Positions 8,365 through 17,084 are shown, counted from the first letter of the stretch. The stretch is 17,738 nt of DNA from Gemmatimonadaceae bacterium (GCA_040902005.1 JBBDYA010000101.1:1-17738); one strand, 5' to 3'. The notes: generated by a model from the sequence alone, not told the origin. Numbers and translations: made by a program.

Positions 8365-10863
8365 TCACGCGTTGTTCGGCGTGGCCGAGAGGACGCGAAA
8401 GTCCAGCTTCGAGCCGTCCGCCGACACGTCCACCTCGAGCTCGTCGGCCTTGGAGAATTCGCCCAGCAGGATCTTCTCCGACAGCGGGTCCTCGATCCAG
8501 CGCTGAATCGCGCGCCGCAGCGGCCGGGCACCATACGACTCGTCATACCCGCTCGTCACGAGGAAATCGACGCCCGCATCGGTCAGCGTGAGCGTGAGCT
8601 CCTCTTCGGCCAGGCGCTTGCGGACATCCTTGAGCAGGATGTGCACGATCTGCGCGATGTGCCCGCGCGTGAGCGGATGAAACACGATGACGTCATCCAC
8701 CCGGTTCAGGAATTCCGGGTTGAACACGATCTTCAACTCATCCTTCACCTTCTCCGACATGCGGTCGAACGTCATCTGGGTGTCGCCGGCGGCGAACCCC
8801 AACGACTTGTTCTTGGTGATGTCGCGCGCCCCGACGTTGGACGTCATGATGACCACGGTGTTCTTGAAGTCGATCACGCGGCCGTAGTTGTCGGTCAGAT
8901 GGCCTTCATCCAGCACCTGGAGCAGGATGTTGAACACATCCGGATGGGCCTTCTCGATCTCGTCGAGCAGGATGACGCTGTACGGCTTGCGCCGCACGGC
9001 CTTGGTGAGCGTGCCGGAGTCCTCGTAGCCCACGTAGCCCGGCGGGGCGCCGATCAGCCGCGAGACGGAGAACTTCTCCATGTACTCGCTCATGTCCACC
9101 CGGATCAGCGCCGACTCATCGGCGAAGAGGAATCTGGCCAACCCGCGAGCGAGCTCTGTCTTGCCAACGCCCGTGGGGCCGCTGAAGATGAACGAGCCGA
9201 TCGGCCGGCGGGGATCCTTCAGTCCCGCGCGACTGCGCCGGATGGAACGCGCGATCGCCCTGATCGCTTCGTCCTGCCCGATGACGGAGGCGTGGATCTC
9301 CTCCTCCATTCGCAGCAGCCGCGAGGTCTCTGCTTCCTGCAGGCGCGTGACGGGAATTCCCGTCCAGCGACTGACAATGAAGGCAATCTCCTCCTCGCCA
9401 AGTTCCGGCCGATGCGACTGGCGCCGCTTCTCCCACTCCTCCTGCTTCTTGCGAATCTCGCCCTGCAGCTCCCGCTCCGAATCGCGTAGCGCGGCCGCCC
9501 GCTCGAAGTTCTGATCGCGGACCGCCGCTTCCTTCTCGAGATTCACCTTCTCGAGCTGGCCCTTCAGCTCTGCCACTTCCGGCGGCGGAGCCTGGGCGGC
9601 AAGGCGCGCGCGTGCGCCGGCTTCATCGATCACGTCGATCGCCTTGTCCGGCAGGAACCGGTCGGTGATGTACCGCTCCGACAGCTTCGCCGCGGAAATC
9701 AGCGTCTCGTCCGGAATCGAGACCTTGTGGTGCTCCTCGTACTTCTTGCGCAAACCCTTCAGGATCTCGACGGTCTCGTCGACGCTGGGCGGATCCACGA
9801 TGACGGTCTGGAAGCGGCGCTCGAGCGCGCCGTCCTTCTCGATGTACTTGCGGTATTCGTTGAGCGTGGACGCGCCGACGCACTGGAGCTCTCCGCGCGC
9901 GAGCGCCGGCTTCAGCATGTTGGACGCGTCGATGGCACCCTCCGCGGCTCCCGCGCCCACGAGCGTGTGCAGCTCGTCGATGAACAGGATGACGTTCTTG
10001 TTCTGCGCGATCTCGTTCATGACCGCCTTCAGCCTCTCCTCGAACTGCCCGCGATACTTCGTGCCGGCGATCACCGCGGCCATGTCGAGCGACAGGACGC
10101 GGTTGTCCCGCAGCGACTCCGGGCACTCCGCATTCGCGATCAGCTGTGCCAGCCCCTCGACGATCGCTGTCTTGCCCACCCCCGGCTCACCGATGAGCAC
10201 CGGATTGTTCTTCTTGCGCCGCGTCAGGACTTCCATCACGCGCTCGATTTCCTTGGCCCGCCCGATGGTCGGGTCGAGCTGGCCTTCCGCCGCCAGCTGC
10301 GTCAGGTCGCGGCAGAAGTGATCGAGCGCCGGCGTCTTCGATTTCTTGTCGCCCTTCTGTGGTGACGCCGGAGGAGCACCAGCCGGCGCCTGGGCGGTTC
10401 CACCCGGCTGCGGCTGGCTGTCGGTGCCTAGGATGCGCAGCGTCTCCGCGCGCGCGGCCTCGAGATTCACGCCCGCGTCGGTCAGCACCTGCGCCGCGAT
10501 CCCTTTCTCCTCGCGCAGCAGCCCCAGCAGCAGGTGCTCTGTTCCAACGTAGCTGTGCCCCAGTTCGCGGGCCTCGGCCATCGCCAGCTCGAGCACCTTC
10601 TTCGCCCGGGACGTATACGGCAGATCGGGCCCGGTTGCCTGCGCCGCTTTCCCCTTCTTGACCGTTTCCTCGATCTTCTGCTGAATCTCGTCCAGCTCGA
10701 CGCTGAGGTTCTGCAGGACGGTGGCCGCCACGCCCTCCCCCTCGCGGATGAGGCCGAGGAGGATGTGCTCCGTCCCGACGTACTCGTGATGCAGACGGGC
10801 CGCCTCCTCCCGTGCCATCGCGAGAACCTTCCGGACGCGCTCCGTAAAGTTGTAGCCGTTCAT
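8365..10863 (-). CDS. clpC: ATP-dependent Clp protease ATP-binding subunit ClpC, 832 aa
   Basis: Two Clp-N repeats (FTER...[13 protein letters not shown]...GTEHLLLGL), Walker A GEPGVGKT and GPTGVGKT, Walker B LFIDE and LLDEIEK. Short UVR-type M-domain ([11 protein letters not shown]), GYVG pore loop and ClpP-docking loop SLGF. GAGGG SD. Confidence 0.96.
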   Translation of the reverse strand: MNGYNFTERVRKVLAMAREEAARLHHEYVGTEHILLGLIREGEGVAATVLQNLSVELDEIQQKIEETVKKGKAAQATGPDLPYTSRAKKVLELAMAEARELGHSYVGTEHLLLGLLREEKGIAAQVLTDAGVNLEAARAETLRILGTDSQPQPGGTAQAPAGAPPASPQKGDKKSKTPALDHFCRDLTQLAAEGQLDPTIGRAKEIERVMEVLTRRKKNNPVLIGEPGVGKTAIVEGLAQLIANAECPESLRDNRVLSLDMAAVIAGTKYRGQFEERLKAVMNEIAQNKNVILFIDELHTLVGAGAAEGAIDASNMLKPALARGELQCVGASTLNEYRKYIEKDGALERRFQTVIVDPPSVDETVEILKGLRKKYEEHHKVSIPDETLISAAKLSERYITDRFLPDKAIDVIDEAGARARLAAQAPPPEVAELKGQLEKVNLEKEAAVRDQNFERAAALRDSERELQGEIRKKQEEWEKRRQSHRPELGEEEIAFIVSRWTGIPVTRLQEAETSRLLRMEEEIHASVIGQDEAIRAIARSIRRSRAGLKDPRRPIGSFIFSGPTGVGKTELARGLARFLFADESALIRVDMSEYMEKFSVSRLIGAPPGYVGYEDSGTLTKAVRRKPYSVILLDEIEKAHPDVFNILLQVLDEGHLTDNYGRVIDFKNTVVIMTSNVGARDITKNKSLGFAAGDTQMTFDRMSEKVKDELKIVFNPEFLNRVDDVIVFHPLTRGHIAQIVHILLKDVRKRLAEEELTLTLTDAGVDFLVTSGYDESYGARPLRRAIQRWIEDPLSEKILLGEFSKADELEVDVSADGSKLDFRVLSATPNNA

Positions 10864-10893
10864 GGTGCCCTCAAGTTCGGGATAGTCTTGGGG

Positions 10894-11976
10894 TTACCCG
10901 ACTGAGCCCGACTCCTTTTCCAGGGTGGTACGCACATACCGTGCGCGAGCCAGATTGGTGTCACTCTCAGAGAGCGTGCGACCCTCGGCATACGCCAGGT
11001 GCGCCGCCTGCGAGAAGATCAGGAGCTTGTTGAGGGTATATACACTCAAGCCGTCGATCAGTTTCAGCCCGACCGCCAGGCGCACGCCGCTCAGGTAGTT
11101 CATCGCCTCGTCAAACGTGAGACTGCGAGCATACCGCAACGTTCCATACGCACGCCAAAGCTTGTCCTCAATAATATAGCCCGCGTCGCGCAGCAATACC
11201 TTTCTTGCCTCCTCTTCGCGCTGGATCACGTGCGCCACGACGCGCAACAACTTGTCGAGCAGTTCGTCCTCCGCGCTGCCCAGCGTCGTCTGGTTGGAGA
11301 TCTGGAAGAAGTTGCCCACCACCTCGCTCCCCTCTCCGTACAGGCCGCGGTACGTCAGCCCCATCTGCTGCAAACCGGCCAGCACCTTCCCGATCTCCTT
11401 GGTGAGCACCAGGCCGGGCAGGTGGATCAGGACCGAGGCCCGAAGCCCCGTTCCCACGTTGGTAGGGCACGCGGTGAGGAACCCGAACTCCGGGTGATAC
11501 GAGTACGGTACTCGGCTGCCGAGCACCCGGTCCACGGTCTCGAGCGCGGCATACGCCTGCTGGAGCGCGAACCCCGATTGCAACGCCTGCAACCGCAGGT
11601 GATCCTCCTCGTTCACCATCACCCCCAGGCAATCGCCGAGAAACACGGCAGCACCGGTCTTGACCGGATGCTGCGCGTCGAGTCCCGCGAGCTCCTTGCT
11701 GACGAGGTGCCGCTCGTGCAACAGGGCGCGGTCCACCGGTGACAGCTCATCCACGCGGAACAGCACCGGCTCGGTCAGCCCTTCGATGCCCTGCAGCGAA
11801 TCGCGCACCTGAGCCAGCACGCGCAGGCGCTCCCCGTCCCGGGCGCGCCCGCTGAACGCGAACCCTTCGATGTTCCGGGCCAGTCTCACCCGGGTGGACA
11901 GGACGATGTCCCCGTTCGGCCCGGACGCGTCAAGCCAGCGGACCCCACCATCGGGCAGCAAGGACAGGTCGATCAT
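10894..11976 (-). CDS. mcsB: Protein-arginine kinase McsB, 360 aa
   Basis: Guanido-kinase motifs LSTRVRLARN, ERHLVS, VNEEDHLR, FLTACPTNVGTGLRAS, RGLYGEGS and FQISNQTTLG. It lies between mcsA and clpC. Confidence 0.95.
   Translation of the reverse strand: MIDLSLLPDGGVRWLDASGPNGDIVLSTRVRLARNIEGFAFSGRARDGERLRVLAQVRDSLQGIEGLTEPVLFRVDELSPVDRALLHERHLVSKELAGLDAQHPVKTGAAVFLGDCLGVMVNEEDHLRLQALQSGFALQQAYAALETVDRVLGSRVPYSYHPEFGFLTACPTNVGTGLRASVLIHLPGLVLTKEIGKVLAGLQQMGLTYRGLYGEGSEVVGNFFQISNQTTLGSAEDELLDKLLRVVAHVIQREEEARKVLLRDAGYIIEDKLWRAYGTLRYARSLTFDEAMNYLSGVRLAVGLKLIDGLSVYTLNKLLIFSQAAHLAYAEGRTLSESDTNLARARYVRTTLEKESGSVG
11029..11050. promoter_or_regulatory. Imperfect palindrome resembling an HspR-associated inverted repeat (HAIR), inside the mcsB 3' end
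   Basis: The minus strand reads CTTGAGT-GTATATAC-CCTCAAC. The 20-bp core (11030-11049) is palindromic except for one pair. The HAIR consensus is CTTGAGT-N7-ACTCAAG, so the spacer here is one base longer. Confidence 0.3.
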
Positions 11977-12458
11977 TCCATCACCCGGATGCGGTCGCGC
12001 AGGTCGGCCGCCAGTTCGAACTGCTCGCTGTCGATGGCCCGGCGGAGTCGCTCCTTGAGCTCCCCAAGGATCGTCGCGTGCTCATCGAGCGTCGGCTGCG
12101 GCGGGAGGTACGAGGTTCCCGCGTGGCGTGAATTCCCGTGCACGCGTCGAAGCAGTTCGCGCATGCTGCCCTCGAACGTCGTGTAGCAGCGCGCACACCC
12201 CCAGCGGCCCGTCGTCCGGAAATCGCTCATCGTGGCGCCGCAGAACGTGCATCGCCCGCTCTCCGCGGCCGGCGTGAGCGCCTGCTGCTGAACCGCGTGC
12301 AGAAAGTCGCCGAGCGGGTGCTTCGGCGCCGCGACGGTGGTCTCGACGCCGCGCTCCGCGGCGCAGCGCTCGCAGAGATGCTGCTGGCGCACCTCGTTGT
12401 TCACGATGGTGGTCAGGTGCACAGCCGCGTCACGCTCCCCGCAATGGTCGCACAGCAT
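11973..12458 (-). CDS. mcsA: McsA, activator of the arginine kinase (CxxC zinc fingers plus UVR domain), 161 aa
   Basis: Four CxxC motifs (CDHC, CERC, CTFC, CARC), GRWGCARCYTTF, VHGNSRHAG and a C-terminal UVR motif EQFELAADLRDRIR. It overlaps the mcsB start (ATGA). Confidence 0.93.
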   Translation of the reverse strand: MLCDHCGERDAAVHLTTIVNNEVRQQHLCERCAAERGVETTVAAPKHPLGDFLHAVQQQALTPAAESGRCTFCGATMSDFRTTGRWGCARCYTTFEGSMRELLRRVHGNSRHAGTSYLPPQPTLDEHATILGELKERLRRAIDSEQFELAADLRDRIRVME

Positions 12459-13156
12459 CAGGACACGGCCTCACCGATGCCGATGCCGGACAGGCGGCCG
12501 TCTTCGAGCCGCAGCACGCGATCGGCGCGCTCCGCCAGCGACTGATTGTGCGTCACGATCACCATGGAGATCTCGAGATCGCGAGACAGTTCCGTGAGCA
12601 GCGCGTGCAGCCGCTCCGCGTTCGCGTGGTCGAGATTGCCCGAGGGCTCGTCGGCCAGCAGAATGGCGGGGTCCAGCGCGAGCGCGCGCGCAACAGCGGT
12701 GCGTTGCTGTTCGCCGCCGGACAGGGCCGACGGATGGTGCGACATCCGGGAGCCGAGGCCCACGCGCTCGAGCAGCGCCGTCGCGCGGACCCGCGCCGGT
12801 TCGGCGTCCGCGCCCGCGATGCGCAGCGGGATCATCACGTTCTCCAGTGCGCTGAACTCGCGCAGCAGGTGGTGGAACTGGAAGACGAATCCCACGCTCC
12901 GGTTGCGCAACGCGGCGAGCGACTCCTCGTCGAGCCCGTCGACGGCCCGCCCGCCGATCACGACCTGACCGCGCGTCGGCTTGTCGAGCGCGCCGAGCAG
13001 GTGCAGCAGGGTGCTCTTCCCCGCGCCGCTCGAGCCGACCACCGCGACCATTTCACCTCGATCGACGCGCATCGACACGCCGTCGAGGACCGTGAGCAGC
13101 CCGCCGTCGCCTCCGACGAAAGTCTTCGAGAGGTCGATCGCCTCGAGCACGGTCAT
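12458..13156 (-). CDS. lolD: Lipoprotein-releasing ABC transporter ATP-binding protein LolD, 232 aa
   Basis: Walker A GSSGAGKSTLLHLLG, LolD motif GFVFQFHHLLREFSALENV, signature LSGGEQQR and LADEPSGNLD. Directly downstream of a LolC/E permease. Confidence 0.92.
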   Translation of the reverse strand: MTVLEAIDLSKTFVGGDGGLLTVLDGVSMRVDRGEMVAVVGSSGAGKSTLLHLLGALDKPTRGQVVIGGRAVDGLDEESLAALRNRSVGFVFQFHHLLREFSALENVMIPLRIAGADAEPARVRATALLERVGLGSRMSHHPSALSGGEQQRTAVARALALDPAILLADEPSGNLDHANAERLHALLTELSRDLEISMVIVTHNQSLAERADRVLRLEDGRLSGIGIGEAVS

Positions 13157-14406
13157 TCGTGTCGAATTGCCTCGACAGGGTACAGGCGCGCTGCCTGCCG
13201 CGCCGGATAGAGCGTCGCGAGGGCGGTAATCGCAAGACTCGCGACCACGATCAACAGGACGTCCACGGGACGCGACTCGATCGGCAGGTGATCGATGAAA
13301 TATACGGAGGGGTCCAGCCGGATCAGTCGGTACCGGTCCACCGCGATCGCGGCGCCCATGCCCATGAGAAGTCCGCCGAGCGTGCCCACCGCGCCGATGA
13401 CGATCCCCTGCGCAAAGAAGATCCGGCGGATCGAGCGTGCCGGCATGCCCATCGCTTTCAGGATCCCGATTTCACGCGTCTTGTCGGTGACGACCATGGT
13501 CAGCGTACTCACGATGTTGAATGCCGCCACAAGGACGATCAGCAGGAGGATCACGGTCATGCCGAGCTTTTCCAGTTTCAGGGCCTGGAATAGCGACGAG
13601 TTCTGCTGCTGCCAGTCCTCCGTGCGGTACGGAAAGCCCAGCGCGGCGTTCAGGGCGCTCGCCACCCGCGGCGCCGCCCAGCGGTCCGTGGTCCTGACCT
13701 CCAGGCCGGTGACCGCGGCGCCCAGCTTCGCCACTTCCTGTGCGGTCGCCAGTGCCATGACGACGTAGGCATTGTCGTACTCGTACATCCCCGTCTCGAA
13801 GATGCCCGTGACCTCGTATCGCCGGATGTTGGGCACCAGTGTGCCGGTCACGGGGCTCACCTTCGCCGAACCCAGCGAGATGAGCGTCACGGAATCCGCC
13901 CCGATGGCGATGTTCAGCCGCGATGCCAGCCGGCTGCCCAGCACGACGCCGTCCCGCGCGCCACTGGACGACCGGAAGGAAAAGTCACCGCCGGTGGCCG
14001 TTCGGCGGATCGACGTCACCGCATTCAGGCCGGGGGCGTCCGGCAGGATGCCCATGACGAATGCGCCCTCGGCGTAGTTGTTCCCCTTGCTCACCAGGGC
14101 CTGCGTGTGCACGAAGGGCGCGGCGGCAACCACGCCCGGGGTCTGCCTGACGATCGTGAGCACCGTGTCCCAGTTCGCCATCGCGAGATCCTCACCGTAC
14201 GTGAGCACTCGCACGTCCGGGCTGCCGATGAGAATCTTTTCGCGGAGGTCCTTCTGCAGCCCGTTCATGACGCCGATGATGAGGATCAGCGCGCTGACTC
14301 CCACCAGCACGCCTCCCATCGCGATGACGCTGATGAGCGACAACAGCTTCGATCCCCGGCGGCTCCGCAGGTACCGCCACGCGATGTGCAGCTCGAGGCG
14401 GTTCAT
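13153..14406 (-). CDS. lolE: Lipoprotein-releasing ABC transporter permease, LolC/LolE family (single copy here), 417 aa
   Basis: IAWRYLRSRR, TM1 followed by GVMNG, periplasmic domain with GIFETGMYEYD, IVLVAAFNIVSTL, REIGILKAMG, VYFIDHLP and ATLYPARQAARLYPVEAIRHE. Confidence 0.9.
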   Translation of the reverse strand: MNRLELHIAWRYLRSRRGSKLLSLISVIAMGGVLVGVSALILIIGVMNGLQKDLREKILIGSPDVRVLTYGEDLAMANWDTVLTIVRQTPGVVAAAPFVHTQALVSKGNNYAEGAFVMGILPDAPGLNAVTSIRRTATGGDFSFRSSSGARDGVVLGSRLASRLNIAIGADSVTLISLGSAKVSPVTGTLVPNIRRYEVTGIFETGMYEYDNAYVVMALATAQEVAKLGAAVTGLEVRTTDRWAAPRVASALNAALGFPYRTEDWQQQNSSLFQALKLEKLGMTVILLLIVLVAAFNIVSTLTMVVTDKTREIGILKAMGMPARSIRRIFFAQGIVIGAVGTLGGLLMGMGAAIAVDRYRLIRLDPSVYFIDHLPIESRPVDVLLIVVASLAITALATLYPARQAARLYPVEAIRHE

Positions 14407-15962
14407 TGGCCGCCAATGGGATCGTCGGCCGAACTCGGAGCGGCGGCTCTGCCGTCGATCCTCGTTTCCGGCCGGAGCGTGGGAAAGAGGATCACGTCGC
14501 GGATACTGGCCGTTTGCGTGAGATACATGTACAACCGATCGATGCCCACGCCCACACCACCCGCGGGCGGCATCCCGTACTCCATCGCGCGCAGATAGTC
14601 CTCGTCCACGCCGACGGCTTCCTCGTCGCCGGCCGCGCGCACCATAGCCAGCGCCACCAGCCGACCCCGCTGATCCACAGGATCGTTCAGCTCGCTGAAC
14701 GCATTCGCCAGCTCCCGACCGTCGACGAACAGCTCGAACCGCTCCGTGAGGGCGGGGTTGCCGCGCTTGGGCTTGGCCAATGGCGACAGTTCAACGGGAT
14801 AGTCCATGACGAAGGTGGGCTCGCGCAATTTCCGTTCGACCACGGCCTGAAAGAGCTCGTCGAGCAGCTTGGGACGGCTGAGCGACTCCGCATTGGTCAC
14901 GCCATGATCCGTCGCGGCCTCGCGTAGCCAGCCGTCACTCTGCGCCATGACGTCCATCCCGATCGCCGAGTTCAGCGCCGCCACCCACTGGACCCGCGCG
15001 AACGGGGGCGTCAGCGTGGGCACGCGATCGCGCAGCTCCGGGTCTGCCGCCACCGCCTTCGCCGCGCCCACCACCAGCGCCTCCACGGCGCCCATCATGT
15101 CCTCGTAGTCAGCGTACGCCTGATAGAACTCGAGCATCGTGAACTCAGGGTTGTGCGTGCGGTCTATACCCTCGTTCCGGAAATCGTGCCCGATTTCGTA
15201 CACACGATCGAACCCGCCCACGATGAGGCGCTTCAGGTACAGCTCGTCCGCGATGCGGAGGTACAGCGGCAGGTCGAGCGCCCGGTGATGCGTGACGAAC
15301 GGACGCGCGGACGCCCCGCCGTACAGCGGCTGGAGCGCCGGGGTCTCCACTTCGAGAAACCCCGCCTCGTCGAGCATGCGACGAATCGCCGACACCATCC
15401 GCGACCGGCCGCGAAACAGCGCCCGCACCTCCGGGTGCACCGCCAGATCCGCATACCGCTGCCGGTATCGCTGCTCCGGATCAGCAAACCCCGAATGACG
15501 CACGGTCCTGCCGTCCACGACCTCTTCCTTCCCGAACGGCAGCGGCCGCAGCGACTTCGCGAGCAGCTCGTAGCGATCGACGCGGACCGTGACCTCTCCG
15601 GTGCGCGTCCGGAACAGCTGACCATGCACGCCCACGATGTCGCCGACGTCGAGCAACTCGAGTGTGGCGAACGCGTCGTCCCCCAGCACGTCGCGCTTGA
15701 AGTACAGCTGGATGCGACCGCTCTCGTCTGCCAGGTGCGCGAACGCCGTCTTCCCGTGGCCGCGCCACGCAACGAGGCGGCCGGCAACCTGCACCGCGTC
15801 GCCCTCCTCCTGACCGGCCGGCAGCGCGGCCGCCGCCTGTCCCGCGGCGTGCGAGCGCTCGAAGCGATACCCATAGGGCGCGATGCCGCGCGCGGACAAC
15901 TGCTCGAGTTTGTCGCGGCGGGCCTTCTGCACGAAGTTGAGATCCTCGCGCTCGTCGGTCAC
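14403..15962 (-). CDS. lysS: Lysine--tRNA ligase (class II), 519 aa
   Basis: OB-fold (AGRL...HGKTAFAHL), RYRQRYADL, FLEVETP, GGASARPF, YLRIADELYLKRL, FRNEGIDRTHNPEFT, ERFELF, ELNDP and YGMPPAGGVGVGIDRL. The GTG start overlaps the prfB stop (GTGA). Confidence 0.97.
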   Translation of the reverse strand: MTDEREDLNFVQKARRDKLEQLSARGIAPYGYRFERSHAAGQAAAALPAGQEEGDAVQVAGRLVAWRGHGKTAFAHLADESGRIQLYFKRDVLGDDAFATLELLDVGDIVGVHGQLFRTRTGEVTVRVDRYELLAKSLRPLPFGKEEVVDGRTVRHSGFADPEQRYRQRYADLAVHPEVRALFRGRSRMVSAIRRMLDEAGFLEVETPALQPLYGGASARPFVTHHRALDLPLYLRIADELYLKRLIVGGFDRVYEIGHDFRNEGIDRTHNPEFTMLEFYQAYADYEDMMGAVEALVVGAAKAVAADPELRDRVPTLTPPFARVQWVAALNSAIGMDVMAQSDGWLREAATDHGVTNAESLSRPKLLDELFQAVVERKLREPTFVMDYPVELSPLAKPKRGNPALTERFELFVDGRELANAFSELNDPVDQRGRLVALAMVRAAGDEEAVGVDEDYLRAMEYGMPPAGGVGVGIDRLYMYLTQTASIRDVILFPTLRPETRIDGRAAAPSSADDPIGGQ

Positions 15963-17069
15963 GCCGCCGCCGTGGTCTGCATCTTCAGGTAGGCTTCGAT
16001 GAAGGCGTCGATGTCGCCGTCCATGACCCGCTGCACGTCCGGAATCTTCAACTCCGTCCGGTGATCGTTCACCATGGTGTACGGCTGAAAGACATAGCTG
16101 CGTGCCTGGCTGCCGAAACTGACGTCCAGTTTCGCGGAGTCCATCTCCGCCTTCTTCTTGGCCTGCTTCTCGGCCTCCAGCTGGTACAGCTTGTTCTTCA
16201 GGATCTTGAGCGCCGTCTGCTTGTTCTTGTGCTGCGATCGCTCCGCCTGCGACGCGACGACGATCCCGCTGGGAAGGTGCGTGAGTCGCACCGCGGAACT
16301 GGTCTTGTTGACGTGCTGGCCGCCGGCGCCCGACGCCCGGAAGACGTCCATGCGCAGGTCCTCGTCGCGCACCTCGATGTGGATCTCGTTGTCCACCACG
16401 GGATAGGCGAACACCGACGCGAAGCTCGTGTGCCGACGCGCCTGCGAATCGAAGGGGGAAATCCGCACCAGGCGGTGAATCCCCGCCTCGGCCTTGAGGA
16501 ACCCGTAGGCGTACGGCCCCTTGATCTCCAGAATCGCCCCCTTGATGCCGGCTTCCTCACCATGGCTCACATCGAGGACTTCGACGCCGAAGCCCTTCCG
16601 CTCCGCCCAGCGGGTGTACATGCGCATGAGCATCTCGGCCCAGTCCTGCGCCTCAGTTCCGCCGGCCCCCGCGGCGATTTCCAGTTGCACGTCGCGCGTG
16701 TCGTCGGGGCCGGTCAACAGGGCGCGCAGGCGAAACGACTCCAGCTCGACAGCCAGCGCTGACACGTCGCGGTCCAGCTCCGTGGCCAGGTCCTCATCGG
16801 GTTCGGCGTCGAGCATTTCCGCGAGCTCCGCGGCGCTCCGCAGCCGCTCCTCCAGCCCGCCGAACGCGTCCACGAGCGATTTCACCGACTTGACCTGCTG
16901 CACCACCGAGCGCGCGTGATCCTGGCGGGTCCAGAAACCGGCGTCCGCCATCTGGGTCTCGAGTTCGGTCAGCGTCTCCCGCTTGCCGGCGATGTCAAAG
17001 GTACCTCCGCAGCTCGGCGAGCTGTTCTTCATGTTCTCTCAGGTCGCGCGTGCGCTCGCTGTCCGCCAT
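15959..17069 (-). CDS. prfB: Peptide chain release factor 2, translated through a programmed +1 frameshift: join(17069..16998, 16996..15959), 369 aa
   Basis: ATG 17069 (SD AGGAG at 17081-17077) gives MADSERTRDLREHEEQLAELRRYL, then in-frame TGA. The +1 frame continues DIAGK... with GAGGTEAQDW, RISPFD (RF2 SPF motif) and GAGGQHVN. The ORF-track start at 17032 is an artefact of the frameshift. Confidence 0.97.
16994..17008 (-). promoter_or_regulatory. RF2 autoregulatory +1 frameshift cassette
   Basis: GGAGG-TAC-CTT-TGA-C: an internal SD 3 nt upstream of the CUU-UGA-C shift site, the canonical prfB arrangement. Confidence 0.97.
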
Positions 17070-17084
17070 GGTCCCGCTCCTGTT

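Noticed and set aside
8365..10863. Calling the Clp ATPase ClpB or ClpA
   Set aside because: A short UVR-type M-domain, the LGF ClpP-binding loop and mcsAB adjacency indicate ClpC.
12458..12600. ctsR gene, CtsR heptad repeats or CIRCE element upstream of mcsA
   Set aside because: mcsA overlaps the lolD stop, and I could not see GTCAAA direct repeats or TTAGCACTC-N9-GAGTGCTAA by eye.
16995..16997. In-frame TGA in prfB as a pseudogene or selenocysteine signal
   Set aside because: It is fully explained by the canonical RF2 +1 frameshift cassette.
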